Source of the DNA: Klebsormidium nitens
Lineage: Eukaryota > Plantae > Klebsormidiophyceae
DNA length: 64,000 nt
NCBI GenBank assembly: GCA_000708835.1
Contig: DF237297.1
Location: forward strand, 16,791 to 80,790
Direction of reading: 5' to 3'
Within the stretch, counting starts at the first letter, position 1. Each line of letters begins with the position of its first letter. Position numbers and translations under genes: made by a program. Below, one piece after another: positions 13,301 to 25,045 of this stretch. The notes under the pieces were generated by a model. The model ran no database searches, was not told the DNA's origin, and saw nothing but the letters and a program-made list of their open reading frames with translations.

Positions 13301-15694
13301 AAACGCCCAAAGAGTGGGAGAACATTGCAACTTTGCGAGATGCAAAGCAATGACAAGCATCGGAGCGCACGCATCGGCTCACCCGTTTATCGAAGTCGAA
13401 CATGGCGATGGAGCTATGTGGCTCTGGGCTAAGCTGCAGGCAAAATAGAGGAGGCAGAATTAGCAGCAAGGTGAGATGAGATGCAGTTTGCATTCTGGTC
13501 ACCGCCATCAAAGACAGCCACACCGCATTCCAGTGCAGGTGTGGGCACACCTCGGAAGAATCGAGCGCGTCAGAAAGTCATTAATAGGGCGAAGAGAAGC
13601 ATGTGATGACCGCGAAAACGAACAAACGAATCGTTTACGTCAGCTCGTTTTCTGAAACTGATGTTGCAACCCCTGAACCGGCGACGGGCTTCGACTCGGT
13701 TAGCAGCATGTCGACAGGAGTGTAGCAGTGTCCATACCTGAGAGTTCATCTTGAAGGTCCAGTCCTCGGAAAGGGCTATGACGGCGCGCGCGTTCATGGC
13801 CCCTGTGTTAAGCATACGACCCACCAGCATGCCCTGCACACAACAAAGCGGGGAGAAAAATGATGAGGTAAAAGAGCTGGATGATGCCCTCGAAATCATC
13901 AAGTTCGCAAGAAAGCAGGCCCCTGCAACAGCCCATTTGGATGGGCAGTGTTGGTTAATTTGCAAATTACATCAGCGCCTTTTTGTCCGGAACAAACCAG
14001 AGCCTCTGATGCAGATGGACCCTGCAAATGGCATCTACATCACAGCGCCATGACTTTTCAAACACAGGGCGGCCTTAAGTCCCAAAATTCTGCAGTGCCT
14101 GTCATCCAGTGTCAAGGCCCCATGAGCATACTCCAAGTCCACAGCAACATGACTAGATCCACCCGAATTGAGCCCATCTAGCCCACCCCCTGAGAAGGCA
14201 CACTATACAGCTTTCCGATCCGGCAATCAAAAGCAGCCGGCGCACAAGATACTTCCAAAACCCCCAAGCTGTTTGCACCCACGTCTCGCTTTTCAGCTTG
14301 AAAGACAAATTTCTCTTTTGAGCACCACTCTTCCAGATTCGCGAACAGGGCAGTCATTGAACCAGCAGCAGCGACAGCATTTGAACTTTTGGGTTCCTGC
14401 TTTGCTTTGTTAGGAATTTTTGCGATCGCACTCACCCGGTCCCACACATAGTTGGCTCCAAACTCATACTGCGAGTGCACCACCTTCACAATCTGCGGCG
14501 TCTGCTGAGGGACCTCCATCGGCCCCATCAGGATGCTGCAGAAGATCACTTATGGGTCAGTATCGCTGCTACTTATCGCAAAATAGGACACTTGCAGGAT
14601 ACGTGTCTGGACATCGGCGCATTGAGGGAAAGATGGAAGCGATTGAGGAAGAGCTTGTGGGCTTTTCCTGCATCAGCGAATGCTTAGTCAATCAAGGAAG
14701 TGTTTCTCAGCACTGGCTTCTGGAGCAAAGCAACTGTCCAAGAGAAGCTTGGGACTAGATCAAAGTGTCTGTCGTTGTTGGATCTACCATGGCTCAACCA
14801 CAATCTTAACTTCAATGCGTCAATCGAACGACCAAAGCAGTGCCTGGGATGGCGTCCATATTTCGAGTTGGCGGGCACCTTCAAATCCGTTCTTACCCAT
14901 GGGTCAGCGCAAACTTTGGGCTCAGCGGTCGCGTGAAGTCGAAGCGGCAGCCCTCGAAAAGCTCGGGCTTGAGCGAATCTGAAAGTCGATGTGAAAGTCA
15001 GCAAATGGTTGGCATTTGTTCGTCTTGCAATCAAAAATATCAGATGTCTGAATACTGTACTTGCAACAGGGCGCTGCACACAAAGCTGGCAGCTCTGCCT
15101 ACGGGCAAATATTAATCAATCAAAAGATAGGGTCTGCCCATTTGGAGTGCACTTGAAGATTTGAAATGGCTCGCAGTCAGATCTTGCAACTTTAACCCAC
15201 AGATCGAATGCAAGGATGCCTTTTGTTATATGACAGTTATCAAGATATCAAGATAGGACAACCGACCGATTGCTTGATGGTAATGGTGACGCAGCAAAAG
15301 TCCTTCGTTGCATGCAGTATTGATAACTCAGAAATTGCAGGCCAGTTCATCTGAAGCAGACTGCTAGTTAACCTACAAATGCTCTTAATGGCGCCTTTGA
15401 AAGCTGATCATTTTAAGCATCAAACCAATCTTGAACAGGCGAATGATGGGGGATGCTGGCTGCCCGCAAGCAGACCGCAAGCAGATACTCACAAAGCGCT
15501 TCCTTTTGGATCTCCTCATACTTGACTGGCGTGGGCAAGTTCAAGTAGTCGGTGCGCTCAATCTCTTTCGGCGGTTCGACCAACTGCTGAAGCCCCACGG
15601 GCGGCCCCGCTGCGCCTTTCTCTGGAACTGTGCCCAAAGGGGGCGGCAGAGGAGTGGTGACATTAGCATCTGCGTGACTGATTGAAGCCCCCAT
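10387..15694 (-). CDS. TOM40: Mitochondrial import receptor subunit TOM40
   Basis: Exons give [14 protein letters not shown] (~15496-15694), [14 protein letters not shown] (~14896-14979), [88 protein letters not shown], and the last exon 10387-10443 [18 protein letters not shown]. All are collinear with plant TOM40. Confidence 0.95.
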
Positions 15695-16405
15695 TGTGAC
15701 CCACAGCAGAGTCTACTTTGAGTTGGATGCACGCTGCAGTATGTGTCACCGCTTTACTGCTTCAACGTTCCTCGGCAGCGAGCTGCCGTCTGCTGAGTTG
15801 AGTGTTTCAGGAGTGCTACTCAACTGCCCCCGTCATTCCAAGGAACCCCTGATCGCGCTTAAATGAATGACGCATGCATGCATACAATAGATGAACAACG
15901 GCAGCTTCGTTCCACTCTCAATTCTGCCGAGTCTGCAGCCCACCAGGGAGCACGTCAACTGCAGTCTGTGAAAGGCCCCTTTCAGCCCGGTTGACAGTGA
16001 TGTTTGTAGCTAGCTAGACTGACCTCCCTGGCGACCTGCCAGTGCTTGAGAGAGACCCCCTCCCAGCGCACCCGATCTCAGAAACTGCCAGAGAACTCAG
16101 CCATTGGCATGCCCCCCTCAGCCTCTGGCCTAGCAGCTAGGGGGAACTAGATTGATCACAGTTCACACCAGCTGAGCCAGCCCAAGTTGGCGGGAGAAGT
16201 TTACAGCTTGAGCCAATCAGACCGGATCAAAGTCCTAGTTCAAGCCACGTCACCGCATTCAGCAGCACCCCCGATAGCCTAGCTGGCAAATCTGCCACAC
16301 TGTGACTTCCAAGTTCAATTTCAAGTTCGTCCCCTTGCCCCTCACGCCAGTTTGGCTCACGCTCAAGCTTTCCTCGTCCTCCTCTTGCTGGGGCCTTCTC
16401 TAGAC

Positions 16406-19400
16406 ATGGGCTTCGCCTCTGTTGCCATCAGCCCGGTGGCGGGCGGTTTCAAATGTTGCACGTGCCAACGCCAATGCCGGCCCGCCAACTTGAGAGGCGC
16501 CGCTGAGGTGGCCATCTTTTGGCCAAGCGAGCGGGCATCCTTCCACAAGAAGAGAGGTGGGCACTGGGGGCCTGCGGTTAGGAGCCGGAGGAGATTTGAC
16601 GTGGCTGCAAAAGTTGGGGAGTCTGATGTGGTGAGCTTTGCTTGATTAGTACCAACAACCAAGTAGATTACATTCTTAAGGTATAGGAGGATGTAGAACC
16701 ATTTTTTCTGCTCCTCTGTTGCCTTTGAGGCCCCTCTTTCTCCCCCTTTTTCTATCCCGATGTATCAATGCCCTTTTCAACAGGATATTTCGATCCAGCG
16801 GGTTGATCCTCGTACTCCAGACGAGAAGTGTAGCCCGCTGCCCACTACTTGTTAGTCATGTTGAACCACTAGATTCACGATCACCCTCGCGCAATGTAGC
16901 CCCAGCATCGTAGCATTGCTCTGGTAGGATCTGCTCTTATTCTAAAGCACGATTTTTGCTTAAATCAAACTCTTCAGTCATCATATAATTGAAGTATGAA
17001 TGAATATGCCGTGCGTTCTTTTCTTTCAGAGCCCACAAAATGGAGCGCCAGCTGGCGGTCCAGAGGAGAACGATATGGCGGAGCGGGTGAGTTGGCCGCA
17101 ATTCTTCATAAGCAACACTTAGAGAGTGTTCGAGCGGGTGGTGTAAATAGTGACGCGCCAGTTCTGATCATGTAGATGGTTCTCCCAGGTATGCAACTTG
17201 CGACAACCTGAATGAGGCTATTTCGTAGGATTTTCCTGTATATTTACCTGGCCACGGGCATCCTGAAGTGGATAAAACCCAGTCGCCGCAATCAGTAGTG
17301 TTACGTATCTCATCGCGTTTCGAAGATTTCTTTCAAAGTGGGAATTTGATGTATCACCGTGCGTTGTCAATTGTGGAAGGTGGGGAGTTAAGGACCTCGG
17401 TTTTGTAAAAGTTTCGACTTGTTTTTAATCTCGTCACAATCAAATCAAGGACCTTGACACCACCTTTGCATTCAGATTCCATGCCATAATGTGGGTCCCT
17501 ACCTGGAATCCAAGATCAATGGGCACCACTTTTTACTGGTGCCAAGTTGGCTGCAACCTGTCCCAAAGAATCAGACGTTTGCCAAGAGCCATATCCCTTG
17601 AGACCACTCTTTCTTTACTCCCAGTTGGCGAAAGCAGAGGCGGAGGCGGCAGCTCTGCGGAAAGAGCTAGAGTCGAGGAAAGCAGTTGTCGGGGCAGATC
17701 TGGGGAAGCCCCGTCCGGGAAACAAGAGGATTGATGGGACGGGGCTACGGGAGGTTCTGTGGGAGGGGCCGGGAGCGCAGAAAGAGCGCGCCAAGTTTTC
17801 AAAGTGTGAGTGGTGACACTCTGTTCGTCTCGCGGGGGCAGGGGGGAAAACCAATCAGTCTGGTTGCGAAAGCATCTTTAAAGTTGGCTGACCATCCTTG
17901 TTGATGGAAAGCAGAAGGTGAAGGAAAGACCCACGGTCTATGGGTCCATGTTGTCTTTTCGTACTGACAGGACAGGCTATCTTACAGCTGCTGATGATTT
18001 GACGGTTGACCTGACGCTGCGGTTGCAGGAACGGTTTGGGTCTGGAGAAAAGAGAACTCCTGAATTCAGAACGATAAGACACCTGGTCCTAAGCAAAGCA
18101 GGAGTTCCGATTGGGTCTGAAAGTATGAAGACGAACTCGACGCATCCAATCCTGCACTCTGGGGGTAGTCGTTTCAGAAGACCGGTTGTAGCAGACGCGC
18201 GTCGCTCTGGGCCTGATGGTCGGCAGTGACTTCAACAAAACTGCAAAGGAACCCTCTCTGAACCACCAACGGCTTGCATCCTTTCCTCTGGTCCAGCTGC
18301 CAAGTCGGCCAAGTGGGGCCTCTCCGAGGCGGAGCTATTCATCTCCCGAGGTGCGGGCGAAGGCGAGATGGAGGCGATTGTGGGGCCCGCGACTGACGAA
18401 GGCGCTGAGAACGTCGTCCGAAGAAATCTGATCATTGGGGTTGCGCTCGCTGTCGTGGCGGGCGTGCTCGCTTTCGTGAGGCGCCTTCTTCTGATTCCTG
18501 TCTTAGCCGGTTGCGAGCTGACAGGCTCAATCTCATCTTGATGGCAAATTGCATTCTTGAAACGTTTGTTGCTGATGAAAGGCTTCTTTCCAGTGTCTTT
18601 CCATCAGGAATTGCGAGTCGTGACTTATACTCGACGTGCCCTGCAGACGCTTGTCCGTCAGAGTGATTGACCCGTAAGTCTTCTGCACATCTCTTGCTTT
18701 CTCGGCAGCAGCGACCTAAATTTCCCCTCCTTGGTGCTAGGTTCGTTTTCCCGGCGGCCGCCCCCAGCCCTCCAAGCCGCTCTTCTTCTACTTGGTGCCG
18801 CTGGTCCGGATACAGGGCCTCCTCCCACAGCTGCAACTAGCCATCGAAGGTGAGGCCCTGTTCCGCTTGGGTCCGCCCCGCGGCCAGGCCGCCCGCATGA
18901 ATCATTGATTTCCGCGTGCATGCTTTGTTGAAAGGACCACCAGAAGACAAGAATCTCACGTCTGAGCTCTGAAGAAGGCAGCCAACAGCCGTGCTGATGG
19001 CCGCAGGAAGAGCCAGCTACATTCCGGCACGGTCAACGGATCTGCATATTCATGCACGTTCTTCATGGCCGACTTGTCGCTTCGGAAGGATGCCGTTGCA
19101 GGCGTCACAAGAGTTTGGATTGTCGTGCCAATGCTTCATACGCTTTCAACGGGTTTGCCGATGCAAACGGTGCAGCCGCAAACGATTGCAAGGTTCCCTC
19201 TTCCAGCACTCGGGAAACGGGCCCTGGCGCTGTCTGTGACCACGTAAGCAGACAACGGTTTGGAGCATGTCTGAAGTCATGCTGACGTCACCTTGCTTGC
19301 GTCATGCAGAGGGCCGATTGGCGGACCTGCGGGAGCAGCTGAAGACAATCGTGGGGGAGCCCAACAACCTGAAAGATAACCTGCTCAAGTGAGCGCCGTT

Positions 19401-21709
19401 TTGCAATTTTGCGACAGCAGGGGTGGTTAAAACCTGCAACTCTGATTTAGGACTCCATTTCAGCTTGAAGACGTGTGCTCTTGTAATTCTACAGATAGCC
19501 TATCCAATGGGGGTGACCCTGTTGACTTTGAGTCGAGAGAAAGCGATTGACGAATGCATGTGGTGCTTGAGTGCAGATGCGAGTGCAGGATCTGCTTCTA
19601 TGAAAATCAGATTTTGTGGCCGGTAAAGGCGCCCCTTTCCGCTTAACGGCTCGAGAGGCCCTCGTTTTTCCGGTTTCAAGCCTCAAAGCCGGAAAGAGTT
19701 TGGGGAGGACCCGACAAACAACGAGCTTTTGTCCTGACCTTGGTTCCCACTTTGAGCGGATAGGCTTCTTTCTGTCCGTGGGTCCGTTCGATGTCGCTCT
19801 CTGGGCTTTTTCTGACACCTTTGCAATGATTTCAGTCTCTAGAGCAACACTGAGACGTTAAGGCGTGTACCGGCGTCAATACCAGGGGGGTCAAAATGTC
19901 GACCCACATGAGAACCTGCAGGACAGTCTATTGAAGCCTGCATATGCAAACCAGAAGCACAATCAAAGAGACAGGAGAAAAGCAGATGTAGGTCGTGGAC
20001 ACGAACCGGAAGGACGTCAAAAGAGACAGGAAAAGGTATCAGAAAGTAGAGAAGCGAAACGATAGAGCGTTTGTGTGTGCAGTGCGGCCAGCTGGTTGCC
20101 TACGGACGCCGAGCTGGACGCCGCCAATCAGGTGGCGTTTGACGTGCTCGAATACGTGGACCAGGTATGACTACGAGTCCCTTAGTTTGTTGCCCAATGT
20201 GAAATTTGAAGCCAAGTGTCTCGGAATTTCGACAGAGCTTCCCAATGAGTAGCTTGGACTCTCACTTAAAGGTCTGGATGACGGCTCATTCTCGCGTACT
20301 CTTTCTTCGACGGTTCTCGTCCAGAGCTTCGACTGTTCATTCAATACGACGTAGGACTATGCTGGATTTAAGGGCTTGTGGATTACATGCGTACAAGCTC
20401 GGCTTCCGACGGGATCGTCAAAATGAACGAAATAGGTCCGAATATCTCTTATCTGGACTGAGTGTCGGATGCGCCAGATCTTTGATGGACTGTTTCGGAC
20501 TTCTCGCGTGGTTGAAACGTGTCTGAAGGACGAAGACTCTCCCGTCGACGATTTTGAGGACGGCAGCCATTCAGAATGCCCGCGTTTACTCATCTGCGCA
20601 TAACCTGTTATTCGACCATTCACGAGGCCATCGAGGGAATGAAGCTGCGCACTCGAAGGCAGTTCCTTCTTGCAAGAATCCAAAACGAGCCCTCCGCTCG
20701 GGTCGGTCCGCTTCCATCCGCATCAGACGTGTGGTTTCAGTCAAGGAACTGCGCTTATCGTCGTTGCGCTACTAGGTACCGAGTAGCGGCTCGAGTATTC
20801 TCTCGAACGGCTCGAGAAACTGTCCGGCGTTGTTTTGGAGCCATGCACTGGGAGATACTTTGCGCGCCAATTTGGGAGTGCGATCTCGTGTTAGGGTGGT
20901 GGCTTTCGATCAGGCTTCGCTTTTGAAGCTTGTTCTCCAGGTCTTCCTCTGACTGAGTTTCCTGTCTGTGCAGGCCGACTCCAAAAAGTACTTTGACAAT
21001 TTTGGCGAGCCATCCGCTGCTCAGAGGTGAGCGACGCCTCCCCCTCGAGTGTCAAAAAATCAGACGTAGAAGGCTTGCGAGATACATCCAAACAAGTCTT
21101 TTTGCAGCAAAGAAGATTAGAGACTATTCTTGGGCAACGCTGACTCTCAAACTTCGGAAACTTGGAAGTTGAGCTTGTTGGAGGTGTTCTGCGGGCACGA
21201 TCATCGATATCGTGTCTTTCTAACCATAATAATCGGCCTTCCTCACCGCAGATCCGAGTTTTCCAAGTTCAGCCTTCAGTCTATAAAGGTGAGAAAACTC
21301 TTGTATCTTGCTTGCCATGTGGGGAACAGCACTGGATGATTGCCTTTTTAATTTGAGGCTTTGTCTACTTCCTCAAGCAGGGTAGTCTCGGATTTGGATC
21401 GTTGATCATTTGCGGGGTGTATTACGGGCACACGTTTTGGTTCTTAAGCTTCGCCATTGCGATGTTGTCTTCTGTTGGCGGCTCAGACGGGAGGAATTGC
21501 GCGACGCTGACTGCTCCAATCCGAGTATAATGACCGCATGTGCACAGTCAGATTGCGAAGAAGTCGAGGGCTGTTTCAAATTGAATCTCTTGCAGGCCGC
21601 TTCTCGCAAGCTGGACGAGTTCTTCAAGCTGATGCCCTCGGAAGACGTGGCCGCAGCAAAGGAACAAGTGCTCCGCACTAGTCTACCAGAGGAACAACTA
21701 ACAATCTAG
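16406..21709 (+). CDS. Uncharacterised putative plastid/thylakoid protein (transit-peptide-like N-terminus, coiled coil, RR-hydrophobic segment, helical C-terminal domain)
   Basis: In-phase exons: 16406-16630 MGFASVAISP…, ~17030-17089, ~17625-17806 LAKAEAEAAALRKEL…RIDGTGLREVLW, ~18297-18475 KWGLSEAELF…VRRNLIIGVALAVVAGVLAF, ~18742-18850 PSKPLFFYLVPLVRIQ, ~19310-19389, ~20084-20164, ~20964-21016, ~21252-21288 and ~21596-21709 AASRKLDEFFKLMPSEDVAAAK…*. Confidence 0.75.
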
Positions 21710-21959
21710 AAAATAAACCCGTGACCTCCCCTTTATTGTTCGATGTTCCTGGCTTGAGGGATGACAAAACGGGTTGGCAGCTAGACGCATCTGGTCCAAT
21801 TGGAGTATCCAGCACGTCAGAGGGCCCGCCGCGTGTACACGGTCTTAGTAAGACATATCCAACGCCACTGAGAGTTGCGTGCATGATAGATCTGCAAGCT
21901 TCCATACAATACCACGTCTGTATATTCTACCATGGCGTATACCGTCTGCACCGCAACCT

Positions 21960-22330
21960 CTTGAAATCCCATGCTAATTATAATTAGTGCAGTCTCAGTA
22001 TGCAATGTGTGTCATTGTGGTAACTTTAGTACATGTACACGGGCCGCAGCCGCGGCCGCGTTTATCTATAATGATACAACAGCGAGCTCGCGGCGCCATG
22101 TGTGCCAGTGGCTTCCGAGCCTTGGAAGAAGCATATAATATATAGTAATATAAGAAGCCTTTCTTATGCCTACTCTCGGAGAGTGGACGGTATAGCTGCA
22201 TCATTGGCCCACATTCGCACATGCCCAGTAGCTTTATATACGTGCTAACTACTCAAATACATGTATAGCCGGGATATGGATTCGAGAATCATCAATGACT
22301 GATTGGCGCGGCCGGGCTGCAGTTTAATGT
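21960..22330. repeat. Palindrome-dense island 2 (between plastid gene and TEN1 3' ends)
   Basis: CTAATTATAATTAG 21974-21987, GTACATGTAC 22029-22038, CGCGGCCGCG 22051-22060, GCGAGCTCGC 22082-22091, and ATACATGTAT near 22257-22266. Confidence 0.8.
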
Positions 22331-22596
22331 TGTTCAGCTCTGCCCGGAGCAAACTATGGTTTTTGCTGTGTGTCTGTTGTTGCCGTGTGTCTACCTGGCG
22401 TTTCTGGCAACATTCAGGGGCTTTAAATTCATGCTTCTTTGCTGTACAAGCTTTGAGCAGCCCGTAGCAAGTATTAGCTTATCATATAGTATCAACATTT
22501 CAAAAACATGGGAACTTGTACAAGCGTACAGCAGCATATAGTTGCCAGAGGGTGCTGGCCTCCAGTCAATCAAGCTCAAGTTATTATAGTACAACA

Positions 22597-23498
22597 TCAA
22601 CCTACGGGCATAGATTCCATGAAAGTTCTCCGGAGCTTCAAAGCTTGGTCATAGAGAGCTTGGTCCAATCCATCAACGTTCCTGACAACTCTTGCTGCCA
22701 GAAAAACCTGCAATCAGATTGGCAGCACAAATTTGTAACTGCTTGCGAAGGACAAATTACCTGCTAAGGTAGAGTAGGATCAGCTTCAATAGCTTCTGAG
22801 GTTTGAGTCCAGTATCTATCCTGTGTGTGGTTAAGAGGCACATGTGGATGGTACCAATTTGTCAATGCAAGGGGAACTCTGGGAAAAGCTTGCATGCTCA
22901 CCGCTTGTGCATTAGACTCAGTTCGGTGGTCAGCACGATGAAGTTCTCCGATGACTTGGTATAGGGACCCTTCCTTCAATACCTCGTGAGAGATTGTGGA
23001 TAGGTCAAGGAGCAATTGCTGGCCGCCGTTGGCCAGTTCAGCCGCATTGGACGCGAAGTCTATATTGTGCAGCCTGCAATGAAAATCCATGTAATTCACA
23101 AACCAAAAGTGAGCTGTATTGCTGTGCCACACCGAATAATGCCAGGCAGTTGCTGGTCCCCTCAATGTAATAAGAAGTACTGCTCCAGAAGCAATCTCTT
23201 GGACTTTTTTTTCAATCTCGTGATTTCTTTCAATCTCGTGATTACTTTTTTCAATAGAAAGATTCTAAAAGATTCGCGAGAAGTTATATGAGCACAACAA
23301 GAGTAGCGCCAATCTGCACAAGCAGTGCACTCTCGGCTCAACGCAGGTGAAGGAGCACACCCGTGCAGGTACTGTAGCTTTGCTAGCTTTGGCAGTGTGG
23401 CAGCCTTACCTCCCCATCAGACGGATTGTTGACCCTGTCGCAACATTGACAACCTCGTCTAGAGTGATAATCTGCCCCGACCGGAGTACGGAAGCCAT
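22597..23498 (-). CDS. TEN1: CST complex subunit TEN1 (telomere-capping OB-fold protein)
   Basis: Three exons: MASVLRSGQIITLDEVVNVATGSTIRLMGR | LHNIDFASNAAELANGGQQLLLDLSTISHEVLKEGSLYQVIGEL… | VFLAARVVRNVDGLDQALYDQALKLRRTFMESMPVG*. These match the plant TEN1 motifs 'GSIYQFIGEL' and 'ARTGRNVDGIDMNLY'. Confidence 0.9.
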
Positions 23499-23844
23499 GC
23501 TCAACGGGTGGTGCAAGAGATGGGCGACACCATCAATGTCCCTGATCAAAGTTTGCCAATCTTTGCAGTGCTGCCAACCAATGCATCAAGGGATTGCCAA
23601 TGCTGGCAAGCGGAATTGGGATGAGCAAGACTTGCTGAGCTTGGAAAAGCCTGTGTTTTTGTTGGGAAATCCTGATGAACAGGCGTCGATTGGCCTTAAA
23701 TGTCAATAACCAAGTTTGCCAGGGAGCAATGGTCTGGAGCCCCTTTCCAGACAATGTCAGCCTTCGAGTCAAACTTCTTGACACCCTCAAGCTCAAGAGT
23801 TCGCCGCCAGCTGCCACAGCGCCACAGCGCAACAACAAAAAGAA

Positions 23845-23888
23845 GAAGACCTGATCCGAATCGTGAAGACCTGATCCGAATCGTGAAG
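23845..23888 (+). repeat. 20-bp tandem duplication abutting the Tourist-like MITE
   Basis: GAAGACCTGATCCGAATCGT twice, then GAAG, immediately before the TTA TSD. Confidence 0.9.
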
Positions 23889-23891
23889 TTA

Positions 23892-24404
23892 GGGAAGGGA
23901 CACTTTGAAGCTGTACCCCCCGTATTAACTATGGAGCCCTTTCAGCCAGAGGACCTAAGTCCCCCCCCCTTCCTGACGGGCCGCGCTGGCGCGGGCCCCA
24001 AGCCTCCCCCCCTTGCCCGCTCAGCTTTTGAGGGTCTCCGGTCCCCGCCCCATGCAAAGGCTCAGTTTTTTTTTTCCAAATTTTAGAAAATCGATCATAG
24101 GGGAGTGCATTTGCAGAATTCTTAGGCTGTGTTGAGGCTGACTTCGATCTAGGTGCAACGTGAAGGGCAGTTTTTTGACCAATCACATGTATATTTGGAG
24201 GAAAAATCCATAAACCACACTAAACACCCCTTGAACCGGCCCCCAGATCTCAGAGTCAACTTGGTCCCCCCCCCATGTGACATTGGCCTTCCTTCAGTGG
24301 CAGTAGGTCCCCCCCCCATCTGCCCCCCAGAAGCGGCTCTCGGTCCTCGGTACCCCCCCATTAACAGTTAATTCGGGGGGTACAGCTTCAAAGTGTCCCT
24401 TCCC
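23892..24404. mobile_element. 513-bp MITE, PIF/Harbinger (Tourist-like)
   Basis: 39-bp TIRs GGGAAGGGACACTTTGAAGCTGTACCCCCCG(T/A)ATTAACT at 23892-23930 and, inverted, 24366-24404, with one mismatch. TTA target-site duplication at 23889-23891 and 24405-24407. No transposase recognisable. Confidence 0.9.
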
Positions 24405-25045
24405 TTACATTGGACAAATTGTGAAAATTGTGAATGTGCAATGATAGCGAGGTACGTTGCCGCGCGCGCGAGGCCGGCCGCGTGACCTCGCAGTTTCTCG
24501 CAGAAATTAACGACTCGAAGGTTTTACAAGGTTTATGCGGCTGACCGACCCGGTCGGGCCGCACGCGCCAAGCTGCCGCCCTGCTGAGTTCAAATTTTCA
24601 AGGAGGCCGACACAGACTGGATTCGACGGGGCGCTTCGATGTTCAAATATTTTGGAGCGCTAGGAAGGGTGTGTATTGACTTCAGAATTTTGGGCAGCCT
24701 AGAAAGTCCAAAGTGACCCCATTAGAAAGTTCCGGAAGCAAGGAAAATGTACGTTGTGTAAGACCAAGTCTCTCGAACCTAAGCTTGCAAGCAGCAAGAA
24801 TTGCTGCCATGGCGGGCCTAGCTGGTCTTCCCAGGCCAGCTGCCCAGTGCCAAGCCACCACAAAACGTACCTTTCCAAGGAAAGCCTAGGTATTTCCTAA
24901 AAGTTCGTTTCTTGGCATCAGGCCCTAGTAGGGATTGGTCAGCGATCTGGCGTGGCTGAGCTGGCTTGTCCGTCCTTTGCACCGTCCAGTGAGATAAAAG
25001 ATGCGATAGGCCGCATGTTGGTGTTTACCAGGGTCTAGAGACACC

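Noticed and set aside
16000-16320. CTAG/AGCT-rich patch between the TOM40 and plastid-gene starts
   Set aside because: Palindromes are mostly one or two 4-mer types and much sparser than in the tail-to-tail islands. Noted as a possible weak counter-example to be scored computationally.
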